Below, in pieces: positions 51,069 through 63,613 of a stretch of DNA of 64,000 nucleotides (within the stretch, counting starts at the first letter, position 1; each line of letters starts with the position of its first letter). The stretch is from Balanoglossus misakiensis (Eukaryota > Animalia > Hemichordata). A program made the translations under genes and the position numbers. The DNA lies in the NCBI GenBank assembly GCA_040954595.2, contig CM082595.2, forward strand, positions 62,001-126,000, written 5' to 3'. The notes beneath the pieces were generated by a model, which did not search any database, was not told the DNA's origin, and saw only the letters and a list, made by a program, of their open reading frames with translations.

Positions 51069-51562
51069 TTAGTGTCCTTGTCGACCAAACATATTCGATC
51101 TATACATGTAGATGATTACCGCCCTCACCCTCCAAAAACAATGGAATCCTACGAAAATTCGTCAATAATCACCTCTATAGTTTTTAAAAACTAATGGTTT
51201 ACATTACTTTGATGGCCCTTCAATGCGCGATTGAAGTCGTAAATATTTATTAAAGTGGATTTTGAAGAAGACAATAGCAGTAACGCACAATAAACACCCA
51301 GAAAAACACATTATCCATGGTATAGTACAGCACAGATCATCTCAACCAGACACAATTACAGTATATAGTCTGAAATGTAATTTCTCTATGTATCTTACAC
51401 ATTTATTATCGTATCATGTGTTTATGTATACTTTGAAGTAACTATGTTTCTTTGAAGAGTTACATTCATAAATGTGGTATATTGTTTTATTGTATGTAGT
51501 AATTACAATCGTTTCACATCATTGTGTTTTGTAGCATTTTATGTGTACAAAGGAAACCCCAA

Positions 51563-54500
51563 GATGTGTATTATGACTGACAATATAATGTCATGCCCTC
51601 CCCTTGTTCTATTTTATGACTGACAATAAAATGTCATACCCTTCTCTAGTTTTGACTACGATAATGTTGTGCCAAACTAGTATTGTAATTTTCTGCCCTG
51701 ATGACCCATTTCTGTCCCGCGATTACAAACAATTCACGCCCAACCTCAATAAAATGCCATGCCGTGTACTATGTGACAATAACCTGTCATGTCTAAAATG
51801 GTCACCCCTTGGTACTGATGCGGCATTAATACTAGGACGTGTACTGATCTGAGTGAATCAGATCCCGTGAGGAGTACGGTGCCCAGAGTACAACTGTCCA
51901 AGTAGAAAACGCCGAGTTTAAATTGCTTAATCTGAGATCTCCCCCCCCCCCCCCACACACACAATTCAGGCCCACCCTAAATAAAATGCCATGCCGTGTA
52001 CTATGTGACAATAACCTGTCATGTCTAAAATGGTCACCCCTTGGTACTGATGCGGCATTAATACTAGGACGTGTACTGATCTGAGTGAATCAGATCCCGT
52101 GAGGAGTACGGTGCCCAGAGTACAACTGTCCAAGTAGAAAACGCCGAGTTTAAATTGCTTAATCTGAGATCTCCCCCCCCCCCCCCCACACACACAATTC
52201 AGGCCCACCCTAAATAAAATGCCATGCCGTGTACTATGTGACAATAACCTGTCATGTCTAAAATGGTCACCCCTTGGTACTGATGCGGCATTAACACTAG
52301 GACGTGTACTGATCTGAGTGAATCAGATCCCGTGAGGAGTACGGTGCCCAGAGTACAACTGTCCTTGGAAGTAGAAAACGCCGAGTTTAAATTGCTTAAT
52401 CTGAGATCTCCCCCCACACAATTCAGGCCCACCCTCAATAAAATGCCATGCCGTGTACTATGTGACAATAACCTGTCATGTCTAAAATGGTCACCCCTTG
52501 GTACTGATGCGGCATTAACACTAGGACGTGTACTGATCTGAGTGAATCAGATCCCGTGAGGAGTACGGTGCCCAGAGTACAAACGTCCCAGTAGAAAACG
52601 CCGAGTTTTGCTACATCTGAAATCCCCCCACGCCCGCCAAGGTCTTAGCTTGCTCTCCGAAAAATAGGGGAATGTTACGAATACGTGCGAGCGGACGATT
52701 GTGTTGCTAATGTCGATGAGGCGAATTTACACACAGCACTAATAATAGTGTCTGCCACGATATAATGTCACGCCCTCCCCTTGTTATATTTTATGATTGA
52801 CAATAAAATTTTAAGACCTCCCCTAGTTCTGTACTTTGACTAACAAATATACCATGCCCTCCCCTAGATGTGTATTATGACTGACAATATAATGTCATGC
52901 CCTCCCCTTGATCTATTTTATGACTGACAATAAAATGTCAAGACCTCCCCTAGTTCTGTATTTTGACCAACAAATATATGACATTCCCTCCCCTCCCCTA
53001 AATCTGTACAATGACTGGCAATATGTCAAGCCCTCCCTTTGTTCTGTACTTTGACAATTATCTGTCATACCCTCCCCTAGTTCTATTTTATGACTCACAA
53101 AATAAAATGTCATACCCTTCTCCAGTTTTGACTACGATATACAATAAAATGTCATGCCCTCACCTAGTTTTGTATTTTGACTGACAATAAAATGTTTATG
53201 CCCCCAAGTTCTGTACTATACATGTATTAAATAAAATGTAAAGCTCATCCCTCGCCATGTACTTGGTAATATATTATTAGTAAAATGTCTGCCAACTCCT
53301 TGCTTTATACTATTATGTTGTGCTACGTGATAATAAAATGGCCTAGTTCTGTAGGTTACTGTAGGCACCCTTTCAAGCCTGGCTTTCTGGGAATGTATCC
53401 GAATTTCTCTTTTATATAGGATATCCGGCCAGAAAGGGTTAACAAAATGTCATGCCCACCCCAACCTCTGTAACATGACTGACAAAATGTTGTGCCAAAC
53501 TAGTATTGTAATTTTCTGCCCTGATGACCCATTTCTGTCAAGCGATTACAAACAATTCAGGCCCAACCTCAATAAAATGCCATGCCGTGTACTATTAGCT
53601 CTGGACTTATGCGCTGTTTGGGTCTACGGAGAGCAGCGTAGACCCAAACAGCGCATAAGTCCAGAGCTAGTGTACTATGTGACAATAACCTGTCATGTCT
53701 AAAATGGTCACCCCTTGAAACTGATGCGGCATTAACACCAGGACGTGTACTGATCTGAGTGAATCAGATCCCGTGAGGAGTACGGTGCCCAGAGTACAAC
53801 TGTCCAAGTAGAAAACGCCGAGTTTTGCTACATCTGAGATCCCCCCCCCCCAAGGTCTTAGCTTGCTCTCCGAAAAATAGGAGAATGTTATGAACACGTG
53901 CGAGCGGACGATTGAGTTGCTACCGTCGATGAGGCGAATTTACACACGGCGCTAATAATTGTGTTACACCAAAACTGCCCTCCTGTCACGACTATCACAC
54001 CAAAACTGCCCTTCACCAATAAATAATTAAAAACACCGACTAAGTCGGCGAAGTCTTTACACGACGTGTCTTCCTAACGAGGAGCCATTTTTATCTAAAT
54101 TTGCATATCAAGAAGTCACGCCTTCTAGCCTCGTTCGCGGATTACTTCCTATTGGTACCATACTTCCAATGGAAGAAGCAGAGGAGTCTGGATAACCTAG
54201 ACCAAGTGATACAAACTCCACCCCTATCTATCCGAATTTCTCCTATATAGGATGTCCAGCCAGAAAGGGTTAACAAGATGTCATGCCCACCCCAACCTCT
54301 GTAACATGACTGATAAAATGTTGTGCCAAACTAGTATTGTAATTTTCTGCCCTGACCCAGTTCTGTCCCACGATTACAAACAATTCAGGCCCAACCTCAA
54401 TAAAATGCCGTGTGCTATGTGACAATAGCCTGTCATGTCTAAAATGGTCACCCCTTGGTACTGATGCGGCATTAACACTAGGACGTGTACTGATCTGAGT

Positions 54501-55771
54501 GAATCAGATCCCGTGAGGAGTACGGTGCCCAGAGTACAAACGTCCCAGTAGAAAACGCCGAGTTTTGCTACATCTGAAATCCCCCCACGCCCGCCAAGGT
54601 CTTAGCTTGCTCTCCGAAAAATAGGGGAATGTTACGAACACGTGCGAACGGACGATGGTGTTGCTACCGTCGATGAGGCGAATTTACACACGGCGCTAGT
54701 AATTGTGTCTGCCTCGACTATTACACCAAAACTGCCCTTCTGTCACGACTATCACACCAAAACTGCCCTTCAAAACACAGACTAAGTCGGCGAAGTCTTT
54801 ACACGACGTGTCTTCCTTACGAGGAGCCATTTTTATCTGAGTTTGCATACCAAGAAGCCACGCCTTCCAGCCTCGTTCGCGGATTACTTCCTATTGGTAC
54901 CATACTTCCAACGGACGAGGCAGAAGAGTCTGGATACTTGTATCACTTGGTCTAGTAACCTAGACCAAGTGATACAAGCTGCGCCCCAATCATGGAAAAT
55001 TGACAGTTTCTCTTGCTATAGGATTTCTCGGTGTGAGAAACAGGAAAATTGGATTTCTTCAGTGTTGTGCAGGGCAGTGACCTAGTATTTCCGTGACAAT
55101 AGATATAGAACTGCATGGAAAATTCACAACATAACTGCTTCTGGCATGTTAAATACTTTCACCCCAAGTTGCCTGAGTAGAGGTCCAACTTTGCCATATA
55201 AAACATAGATACATTAGATTAAAGACAAATCATGGTGGTGAAATAGTTAAATAATAACACATGATAGCAAGGGCAATATCACGATTTGAAGCCTGCACGA
55301 TAATATTGATGATGCCCGAGCCACAGGCGAGGGTATCATCAATAATATGGTCAGAGAGCACCAGCCCGAGGGCAGGCTTCAAATCGTGATGTTGCCCGAG
55401 CATCGTGTGTTATTAATTTTATTACGCCGAACATTTGAACGTATATGTACATACACTGCAACATAGAAGAACGTAGGGTTGCGTTCATGTGGTACATTGC
55501 TGAGAATGTAAAATGTCTCGATCTTCCAAGAACTATACCTACTTCGAACTTAGATAATTTTGTAAAATATCGTTCAGTTGAACAGGTGTTAAGCCTATGT
55601 GTCGCTTTGAAGCCATAGATGAGGGAGTTGACTGATTGTGGAGGAAGCCATTGAATGACAGTTTGGTACACGCAGAAGTCGTGCGCAGAACACCAAAACA
55701 ACCCAGCAGGCAATATCAACAGGGCTTTATCAACTCTTGCCATGTTATATCACTTTTTTCTTTATGTCACA
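51563..55771 (+). repeat. Composite repeat block, copy B, including a four-copy ~230-bp tandem array (about 51730-52620)
   Basis: Tandem units start near 51730, 51961, 52194 and 52419, separated by variable poly-C. About 52788-55771 is collinear with 10515-13470. Confidence 0.9.
53596..53669. mobile_element. 74-bp palindromic mini-transposon with 33-bp perfect TIRs and a 9-bp TSD
   Basis: GTGTACTAT|TAGCTCTGGACTTATGCGCTGTTTGGGTCTACG-GAGAGCAG-CGTAGACCCAAACAGCGCATAAGTCCAGAGCTA|GTGTACTAT. It is absent from the other copies of the host repeat. Confidence 0.93.
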
Positions 55772-56184
55772 TGATTTTTTTTTGAAAAAAATGAAGAAAT
55801 TTTGAATTAAAAAAATCATGGGTTATAGCTCATGAAAATCATCAAAATATGACAATTTTCCGACTTTGCGAATTTTCAAAATTTCTTCATTTTTTAAAAA
55901 CAAATCATGGGTTATAGCTAAAAGACTAAATAAATATCTTCCTCATTACGCTTGCTGGTTCCTGAGTTTCTTGTTCAGGTTCACCTAGTTTGTTATATGA
56001 AGCTCGGGACCTTATTCTTTATCTTTGTCCCCTTCCAGGGTGACAATTCATCATACAAATAGTACAGATAGCCCATAGTCAGATTTCCTTCTTTTTTTTC
56101 TGATTTTATTACATTGAAAAAATAAAGCTTCCACATCAGAACAACATCGAAATGTAGCAAACATTATGTGATTTTCTTCTTTTC

Positions 56185-59100
56185 TTATGTTGCTTGTTCT
56201 CTTTCTTCATTGGGTGAGTCATTCCTTTCCTGTTCCCTCTCTGCATTTCCCCTGGTCATCACTTCAAAGACAAACTCAGCAAATTCAATCACAGTGATGA
56301 TTGAGAGACCAATCCACAATCCCAGCGCGCCTCCTACGTCTGCCCACAGCTGATTCGGCTGCAAAAAAGTAAAACGAGCACTTAACATAAGTTTACTCAC
56401 ACTTGAAGTTCAAATGATTGAGATAGGCCTATGTCTGTTTCTGGCCACTAGGGGCGCTGTCATTATGGATCCATATCAGAAAATGGCCGCCATGGGTCAA
56501 TGCATAAGTGTACAAAGTTTCATGCTTTTAACCCAAAGTGCATGATTTTTTGGTTAACTAGCCCCACTAATAGGCCTATTAGGGTAGTGTGAGAGATGAG
56601 AATAATTGCACAGTCGTCAAAGTGCTTCCCAATTGTAAATTCTGTGGCGTAGTTTCAGATATGTACCGGATAGTCCTCCACTTCAGACATAAGTTCCAGA
56701 TTTAGCGTCTCATAGTATATTTCCACACGTGCCAGATTTTTGCTGATGAATGAAAACAAGAACAGACAAAATATCAGTTACCAATGAGACATGCTTATCA
56801 TTCAATAAACATGGTGTACAATACCAAACTGTATAAGAAACATTATTTGCATATCATTCTGATAGCAATTTTCTGTCTACATTGGAGAATATATTAGTAT
56901 TTTTCTAATGTCAAACACATGCCTTGGTTGGCAATGATCACAGCAAATTTTATCAGTTATGATTATATAAATGTTTAAATAATTATTACCGAACAGAATT
57001 TTTCCAAGGTTAATTCATACTGTTGGACAATATAGTTCTTGTAATAGACATTATTCAATAGAATTTGTCCCTTACCTTATTTTTTCATCTGAATTCATCA
57101 GTGATCTCATCTTTGGATTGACCGCCAACAGGCTGCTCATCAAACGTGGCTAGCAACAAGCAAGTTGAAAAGAATGTGGAATACTAACATTTGAATTTCG
57201 TTTCTAATAGATTCAATGATAAATTCAAATACATTTGTTAATCTTTTTTACATGGTAATAGTGTTTGTTGTCTATTTCTGTATTTCTTGTAACAGTGCAA
57301 GGTTCGCTGTAGGTACCAATCAAGCCCTGTTACAGACATGTCCTAAAGCTACATATGATTTGCAGTTTATGACATACAAATTAGTGCAAGTGGGTGTAAA
57401 CATTTTAATAATTGTGTTGCGACTTACTGAATATGACGTCGATGGCCATGATGTTAGTGACATCATCTTCATGTACTGCATGACGCTGTTGATACGAATT
57501 AATAACACAGACAACAATGTGAGTAAATTACCGAAGACCTCTGGTCACATGGTCCTCACATGTCACTTGCGAGTCAGCTGATTGTGTAAAGGTATTGAAT
57601 CTATACCATATCAGTGTCTTTCAAGAGAAATCAAAAGGGTAATGCCATTATTACTTACCTGCATGGTTGTCGACAGTTGCAGTTAAGCTTACCACGCTGA
57701 TAAAAGAAATACATTAACTGTACGCAGGCATCTAAATAAGACAAAGAACAAAATTAAATATCATGGTTATACAATGTCCCCAATGATAATGACCCATTGA
57801 ATTAAAATCGCATGTATCTTCACTTTGCAGATGCAATAAAATTACATAAAAATGCTTTGGTCTTTGTAAATCACCTACCCTGTGTTTTATCAAGGATGTC
57901 ACAGCGTGGCTTGTTGTTGTAGAAAGAATTAACACATCCACACAAATTGAACATCTCTCTATTTAAACAGTCTTTCTGACAAGCCTGCAAATTTAATGAG
58001 TAACCCCGTGAAAAGTAATTAACATTAAAGATAAACAATTGTTTATGTGTAGGATAGTGCTTGAGTTTTGGATACATGCATGTGATTATCTTTTCCATTT
58101 TGTACATAGCAATTGTTATTGAAGAGCTTCCTCCAATCATGAGTCTCGATACATTAGGTATTTTCTTTAACCGGATGAGTTGACATTTTCGTAAATTGAT
58201 TAAAGAATGATTTATTATTGGAAAATGTTAATGACATGTCACACTTGGATGAAGCTCTCTGGACATTCACTTTGATACCATTTGACTTATCAGAAATTAA
58301 TAAATGTGTTCTGACTCACCATTATTGAATAAAAATACTCCTCCGAGTCCACACGAGTTTGATATGTACAATTACCATGAGGATAAGGCAAACGACTTTC
58401 ACCACGCTGTATATAAAACACATCTCTGATGTTAACATACGTTAAATGAGTTTAACAAGCTGGATAAGAATTCCTGTCTCATAATTTAGCAAACAGGTGT
58501 ATCCGAAAGATGGGTCGCAAGTAGAAAGTGTTATGAAGGCCGATGAAGTTAATTGTAGCAGTTTGTAAGACTGTTAATTTGAGACAGTGCTGATGAGGCC
58601 AATTCATGTCAATCGACAACAAATTTTGTGTTGTATATGGTTTGTGCATCATCATCATTCCATGTTCAAATTATCTGGTTACTTTTCACCATGGCACAGA
58701 ACAACATAACACAATATAGGCCTAACTGAATTCTGACATGGAAAAAAACTCGTGTTTAAAATTTGTCACATATGATGACAAATACTGAAACTTGTACATA
58801 TCTAAATCTTACCCCTTTTATAATAACAGAAGTCGCTGTTCCTGTTTTGGCGTCAATCCCCTCGTCTCCCGGAAAAGGAGTGGTGTACGGATCGTGGATC
58901 ACCAATCGAGCGCCTGTTTTTTGTCCATATATGCTGAGATACTCATTCTCTTCAGCAAATAGTGTCAATTTTAAACCTGGAAATTGTCAAAATTCTTACG
59001 TCCTAGATCATGACTAGTTGTCACAGTATATAAAAGAGTGTGGTTGTATCCGCATATTTTACGGATTTCCAACGCTCGCCCCTAACTCTGCATGAAATCT

Positions 59101-61344
59101 TTCAGTATCAGCAGAGAATTATCACTGTCAAATGCTTACCAAAGTCAGAGCCAGTGTTTGTTGCTTTGCGTATGGTAGAACCATTCCTTCCGTGGTTGAA
59201 CGTGTAACAGTTGCCGTGTACATCATCCTGGAACTGATAGAAATCCCTGAAATAACACATTACAGGAGTTACGAACTTCTACATACTTTAGAAAATTCTA
59301 ACCTTTAATTCATTCAAAACACTACGTGTACAATTGATTCAAATCTGACCCCTAAATACAAATTGATTGGTATTACAATTTTATGGGAGGAATTCATATC
59401 ACCTGTATACTTGTGACAATATCTTTTAGTTTGGTTCACTTTATGTGAATGTTACATCAATCTTACCCATGTTACAAAAGGGTTATTAAATTATTTGTAC
59501 ATACTCGATATTACACTCTCGTTGATCATATGTGCACTGTAAGATCAGATCTTCTGCTTGGTGTCCCATTCGCCTGACCTCTTCCGGGGTCAACCTGAGC
59601 ACGTTCTTTAAATCGCTGAAGTCCGGCGTGTTGCTAGACACTAGAAAATGGCCCCACAGTGGCGGATATTCATTTGGGATGAAGTCCGTTGGTCTGTTAA
59701 CGAAGATGTTTTCTCGAAACTCTTCATAAATGTTTGGGTCATCAGTAATGCTCAGATATTTAGCGTTCCATCCTGTGCCTGCTGTTGCGTCATGCACAAC
59801 TGAAAACACAGCCATAATTGCAGTAGATATTATTCTCTTTGGTGACTCTACAATCATTTCTCTCTCTATTGGTATATATGTGAAATTTTCCACTGGTTTC
59901 TTCCTACATAAATGAGTTCTATGAGTATGCCGATATACATATGGGAAATAGTATCTTTAGAAATCTAGATGTTACTAAATCTGCACAATTTATGATCTCA
60001 GAAACTATACTACAAGAAATTCACACTTTTCTTGGCATTGTCTAAATTTTGCAGAGAAGTTACAGATTACGATTCCAGACAACTCTTACCGTATTCACAA
60101 TCATTTTCATCGTCACCAAAATGGCAGTCATCAAAGCGATCGCATACACGGTTGGCAGGAATACACTTTGCCACGATGCGGTTACCATCTTCAAACCTTG
60201 AATTGCAGGTGTATTCATTCTCATTGCAAACTGTGAAAATAATTATAGCATTGTTAGTAGCCTTGGTTATGAAGACGGAAATACGGGTTACAAATTTTCT
60301 GTTTGGGCAGATTGGATATTGGCTGGGTTTTATAGTTAACAATGATTAATATTTAGTTGAAATCAATTTTCTGGTTTAAAAATGATGCATAACATACGTG
60401 TACAGTTGTATTCATCAGTACCATCACCACAGTCATTGATGCCGTCGCAAGCGAGAGATGAGTCAACGCACCAACCACTGGAACACTGCAACTGATGGTC
60501 CTCACAGGTCACTGAAAGACAGCAACAGGTAATCCAAATTAGGCGTTTGGATCTCTCTTACTGCTTGAGGGCAAGACAAATGTGATTGAAGATCTTTTGT
60601 TTTGCATTGTATATAAGGAAGTCTGTATATCTTAATAAATAGAAATATTGGCTCTTTCTCTGATATTAATATCTTACGAAAACTGAATATTCATCGTTTA
60701 AAACAGATAATGTGCACTAGGTGCAGACAGTTGGAAACAAACATTCATGTGATCACTTATCAAAGGGTTTAATTATGTGATAATTACCGGCACCATTGCA
60801 AAATAGTTCATCGCTACCATCCGCACAGTCTGGCACCATTGGTTCATCACAGTACAGATGTTGACGTATACACTGACCATTACGACAGCGGAAGAATCCT
60901 TCAGGACATACGTCTGAAAGTAAACATGACACTTCAACTATCACAGTTTGAGGATGGCACTTGTCTTTTAAGAAATTGATGACACAATAGGCCTTTTGAT
61001 GAGACTGTTGCAGCACAAATGCTTACATACTGATCTTACCCCCCCCCCCCCCCAACCAAAGCTGTAGTAGGCTATAATCAGTTCAGCACTCCCTACTAAA
61101 ACTGCAAAGCTTAAAATTGTTAACATCGTTTTCTCAAAAGTTAGCTAATTATGACCTACTATTTTCACAGTCTACCTCGTCTGCAAGGCCGGGACAATTT
61201 GCTTCAATGTCACAACGTTTCTCGACTGGTTTACAAAACAATCCGCATGGAAATGTGGTGTCCGGACATGAGTCTGCATTGAAAGAAAATATGTAGTCAT
61301 GAACTACGGCATGAAGGGATGTGAACACAATCAAAACAAAAATG

Positions 61345-61391
<47 letters not shown>

Positions 61392-63613
61392 TTATTTATA
61401 TAGCGTCAGTATCCACAAAAAATGTGATCAATGATGCTAAAAGCAAAAATACACTACAATAAATGGCTAAAAAGCAGATTTAAAAACTAAAGTTTTAACA
61501 TTTGATTTAAAAACAGATAAGTCTGGTGCCTGGCGAATGAACCAAAAAGGTTAAATTAAGACTGGAATATCTGTTGGATTTCATTACATTGTATGATGCA
61601 ACAAATTTTCATCTCTAATTTGGGGCTGACAAAAAATTTGATAAGAATAAAATTACAGGTATATCAGATCCGAACGCATCACGATTTCTGTAAGAGGAAA
61701 CACAGTAAACAAAAATGGCAACACTCACAGTTGGAGCAATTAGATTCGTCTGTTCCGTCTGTGCAGTCCATGATACCATCACAGACATGGTAACCATCGA
61801 AACAGAAGGTGCGGCCCAATTTACTGCAGAGGAATTCACCAGGCAAACAATCATCTTTGGGAAAAAAGGAAGAAAATAATTTACACATCAAAATACAAAA
61901 ATGGACTACACATCTTCCAAACACTTGACTATTAACGCCCACGACAAAAACAAATTTGTATAGTATATGGAATGAAAGATGAACTTCCCTTTGCACGATC
62001 ATGAAATGTGTTTTTCCTACAAGTCAGAGAGAATCACTATTTGTTTCCTTTATGTTAACTGTTGTGCCTGTACTGGTTAGTGGGATAACGGCAACTGTGT
62101 GTGGAAAAAAAGTTACCTTGTGTGCAGTTGTATTCGTCACTTTTGTCAAGGCAGTTAAAATGTAAGTCACATCTTTTAGAGCTGTCGATACACTGACCGC
62201 TGTCACACTGGTATTTTCCAGGAGAACACTCAACTGCAATACAAATAGTATAATGATGATGATAAAAGACAAAACAGGACTCGTGATAATTTCTCAGATA
62301 AATTCTCTGTAATTGATACTTTGTTCAAACAAAACAACATCTATAGCTACTCGCTAAACTGTGGCTCCGCTCCCGTCCTCATTCCCACCAAAGTTACTCA
62401 TGATTCACCAAGCATTGGCATTGGAGGTTGATCAGACACTTCAACAATACAATAAGACAGTATGTATACTACGAATACATCTTATTCGGTGAGCCAAGCA
62501 CTGCCTTAATGGGAACTTACCGTTAGTACAATTTTCTTCGTCTGTTAAGTCTGACAGCAAACCGTAAGCACAGTCATAAGAACCATCACACAGCTTTGAG
62601 AACTCGACACAGATATGTGATATCGAACATTTCAACATACCGGGAGGACACTGGTCTGTTGTTGAAAAATGTAATACATGTACACATGCGTAAGTATATT
62701 CAATTTGTCATGAGATAGCCAGTATTTAGCTATCTCAGTATTATGCGGGTAGACCTGAAAGTTGTAGTGAACAAAAATCATTCACAAAGTATTTCTAAAC
62801 ATACTTACAGCTCTCACAGTCTTCTTCATCTGTCCCATTTTCACAATTTGGATAACCATTACATCTAATCATCATCGCCGTATCATTGTGGTCAAGATTA
62901 TTGCAATACCAGTTTAATTCCTGTACTTGATCTGTGAAGTGTCAGACATAAATATGATTAACCAAATCCAAGTATGTATCTATCTATCTATCTACATAAT
63001 AAACTAGCATCTGCCTTTTCCCCCAGCACATCTGTGCACTGTGTCTGCATGTCTCCATATTGTATCTGCCTGCCTACATGTCTATCATTCTGTGTCAGTC
63101 TGCCTGCTTACCTGACTGACTGACTGCCAGTCTGTCTCATTTACTGTATTGAATCTCTTTGTCATTTGTATATTATATTGTCTGTTGATACTTATTTCAA
63201 AGACTGACCTCCATGACAGCTCATCTCATCTTTGCCATCCTTGCAATCCATTCTACCATCACATAGCTTGTCTTCAGGAACACACTGACCACTGTCACAC
63301 TTGAACTTCCCATACGGACATTTGAAATAATCTTGGAAATGGAAAAAAAATTATCTTTATATGGAATCTTCTCCCTATGGCAACGAGAAAGCAAAAATCT
63401 TCTCCCTATGGCAACGAGAAAGCATTTCAAATTTACATAAACATTTGAGGTTGTGCTACTTACAGGTATTACAGAACGACTCATCAATACCAAGCTGACA
63501 GTCTGTAATTCCATCACACATATTTGACGTGACCAGACAATCATCCTGTTCACTTCCTCCTCCGCAGAGTGTGTGATCATACCCACTTGGACAGGTCATA
63601 TAACTGGTTGGCG
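56185..63613 (-). CDS. DEG/ENaC (amiloride-sensitive sodium channel family) subunit with at least 10 LDL-receptor class A repeats; 5' end outside the window
   Basis: LDLa exons: 63464-63613, 63209-63331, 62809-62931, 62521-62655, 62117-62233, 61729-61854, 61160-61273, 60788-60913, 60398-60511, 60090-60230. Channel exons: 59505-59799, 59140-59246, 58813-58976, 58320-58406, 57879-57984, 57659-57731, 57428-57485, 57076-57149, 56667-56742, 56185-56358. All junctions are GT-AG and in frame (about 827 aa in the window). Channel motifs: [45 protein letters not shown], Cys-rich thumb (CQKDC..CGC..C..C..CNCRQPC), [10 protein letters not shown], and TM2 [21 protein letters not shown]. Confidence 0.9.
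60090..63613 (-). other. Array of 10 LDLa-module exons (one degenerate) within the channel gene
   Basis: Examples: [105 protein letters not shown]. These show the six-Cys pattern with the C-terminal D-x-S/T-D-E calcium-binding motif. Confidence 0.92.
61345..61391. repeat. (AAT)n microsatellite in an intron
   Basis: About 15 uninterrupted aat units. Confidence 0.9.

Noticed and set aside
51730-52620. Regularly spaced repeats as a CRISPR array
   Set aside because: The whole ~230-bp unit repeats with no unique spacers, there are no cas genes, and the context is eukaryotic.
56423-56579. 137-bp segment flanked by ATAGGCCTAT direct repeats as a TSD-bounded insertion
   Set aside because: No TIR pair, and TAGGCCTA recurs throughout the window, so the flanks may be coincidental. 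Probably a repeat fragment.
58589-58620. CTGATGAGGCC as a hammerhead ribozyme core (also CTGATGA near 11248 and 27360)
   Set aside because: No adequate stem II followed by GAAA, and no stems I/III could be built.
59800-59893. Longer version of the first channel-core exon, as in the ORF track
   Set aside because: It is in frame, but its acceptor lacks a pyrimidine tract. The ttttcag acceptor at 59800 is stronger and also in frame.
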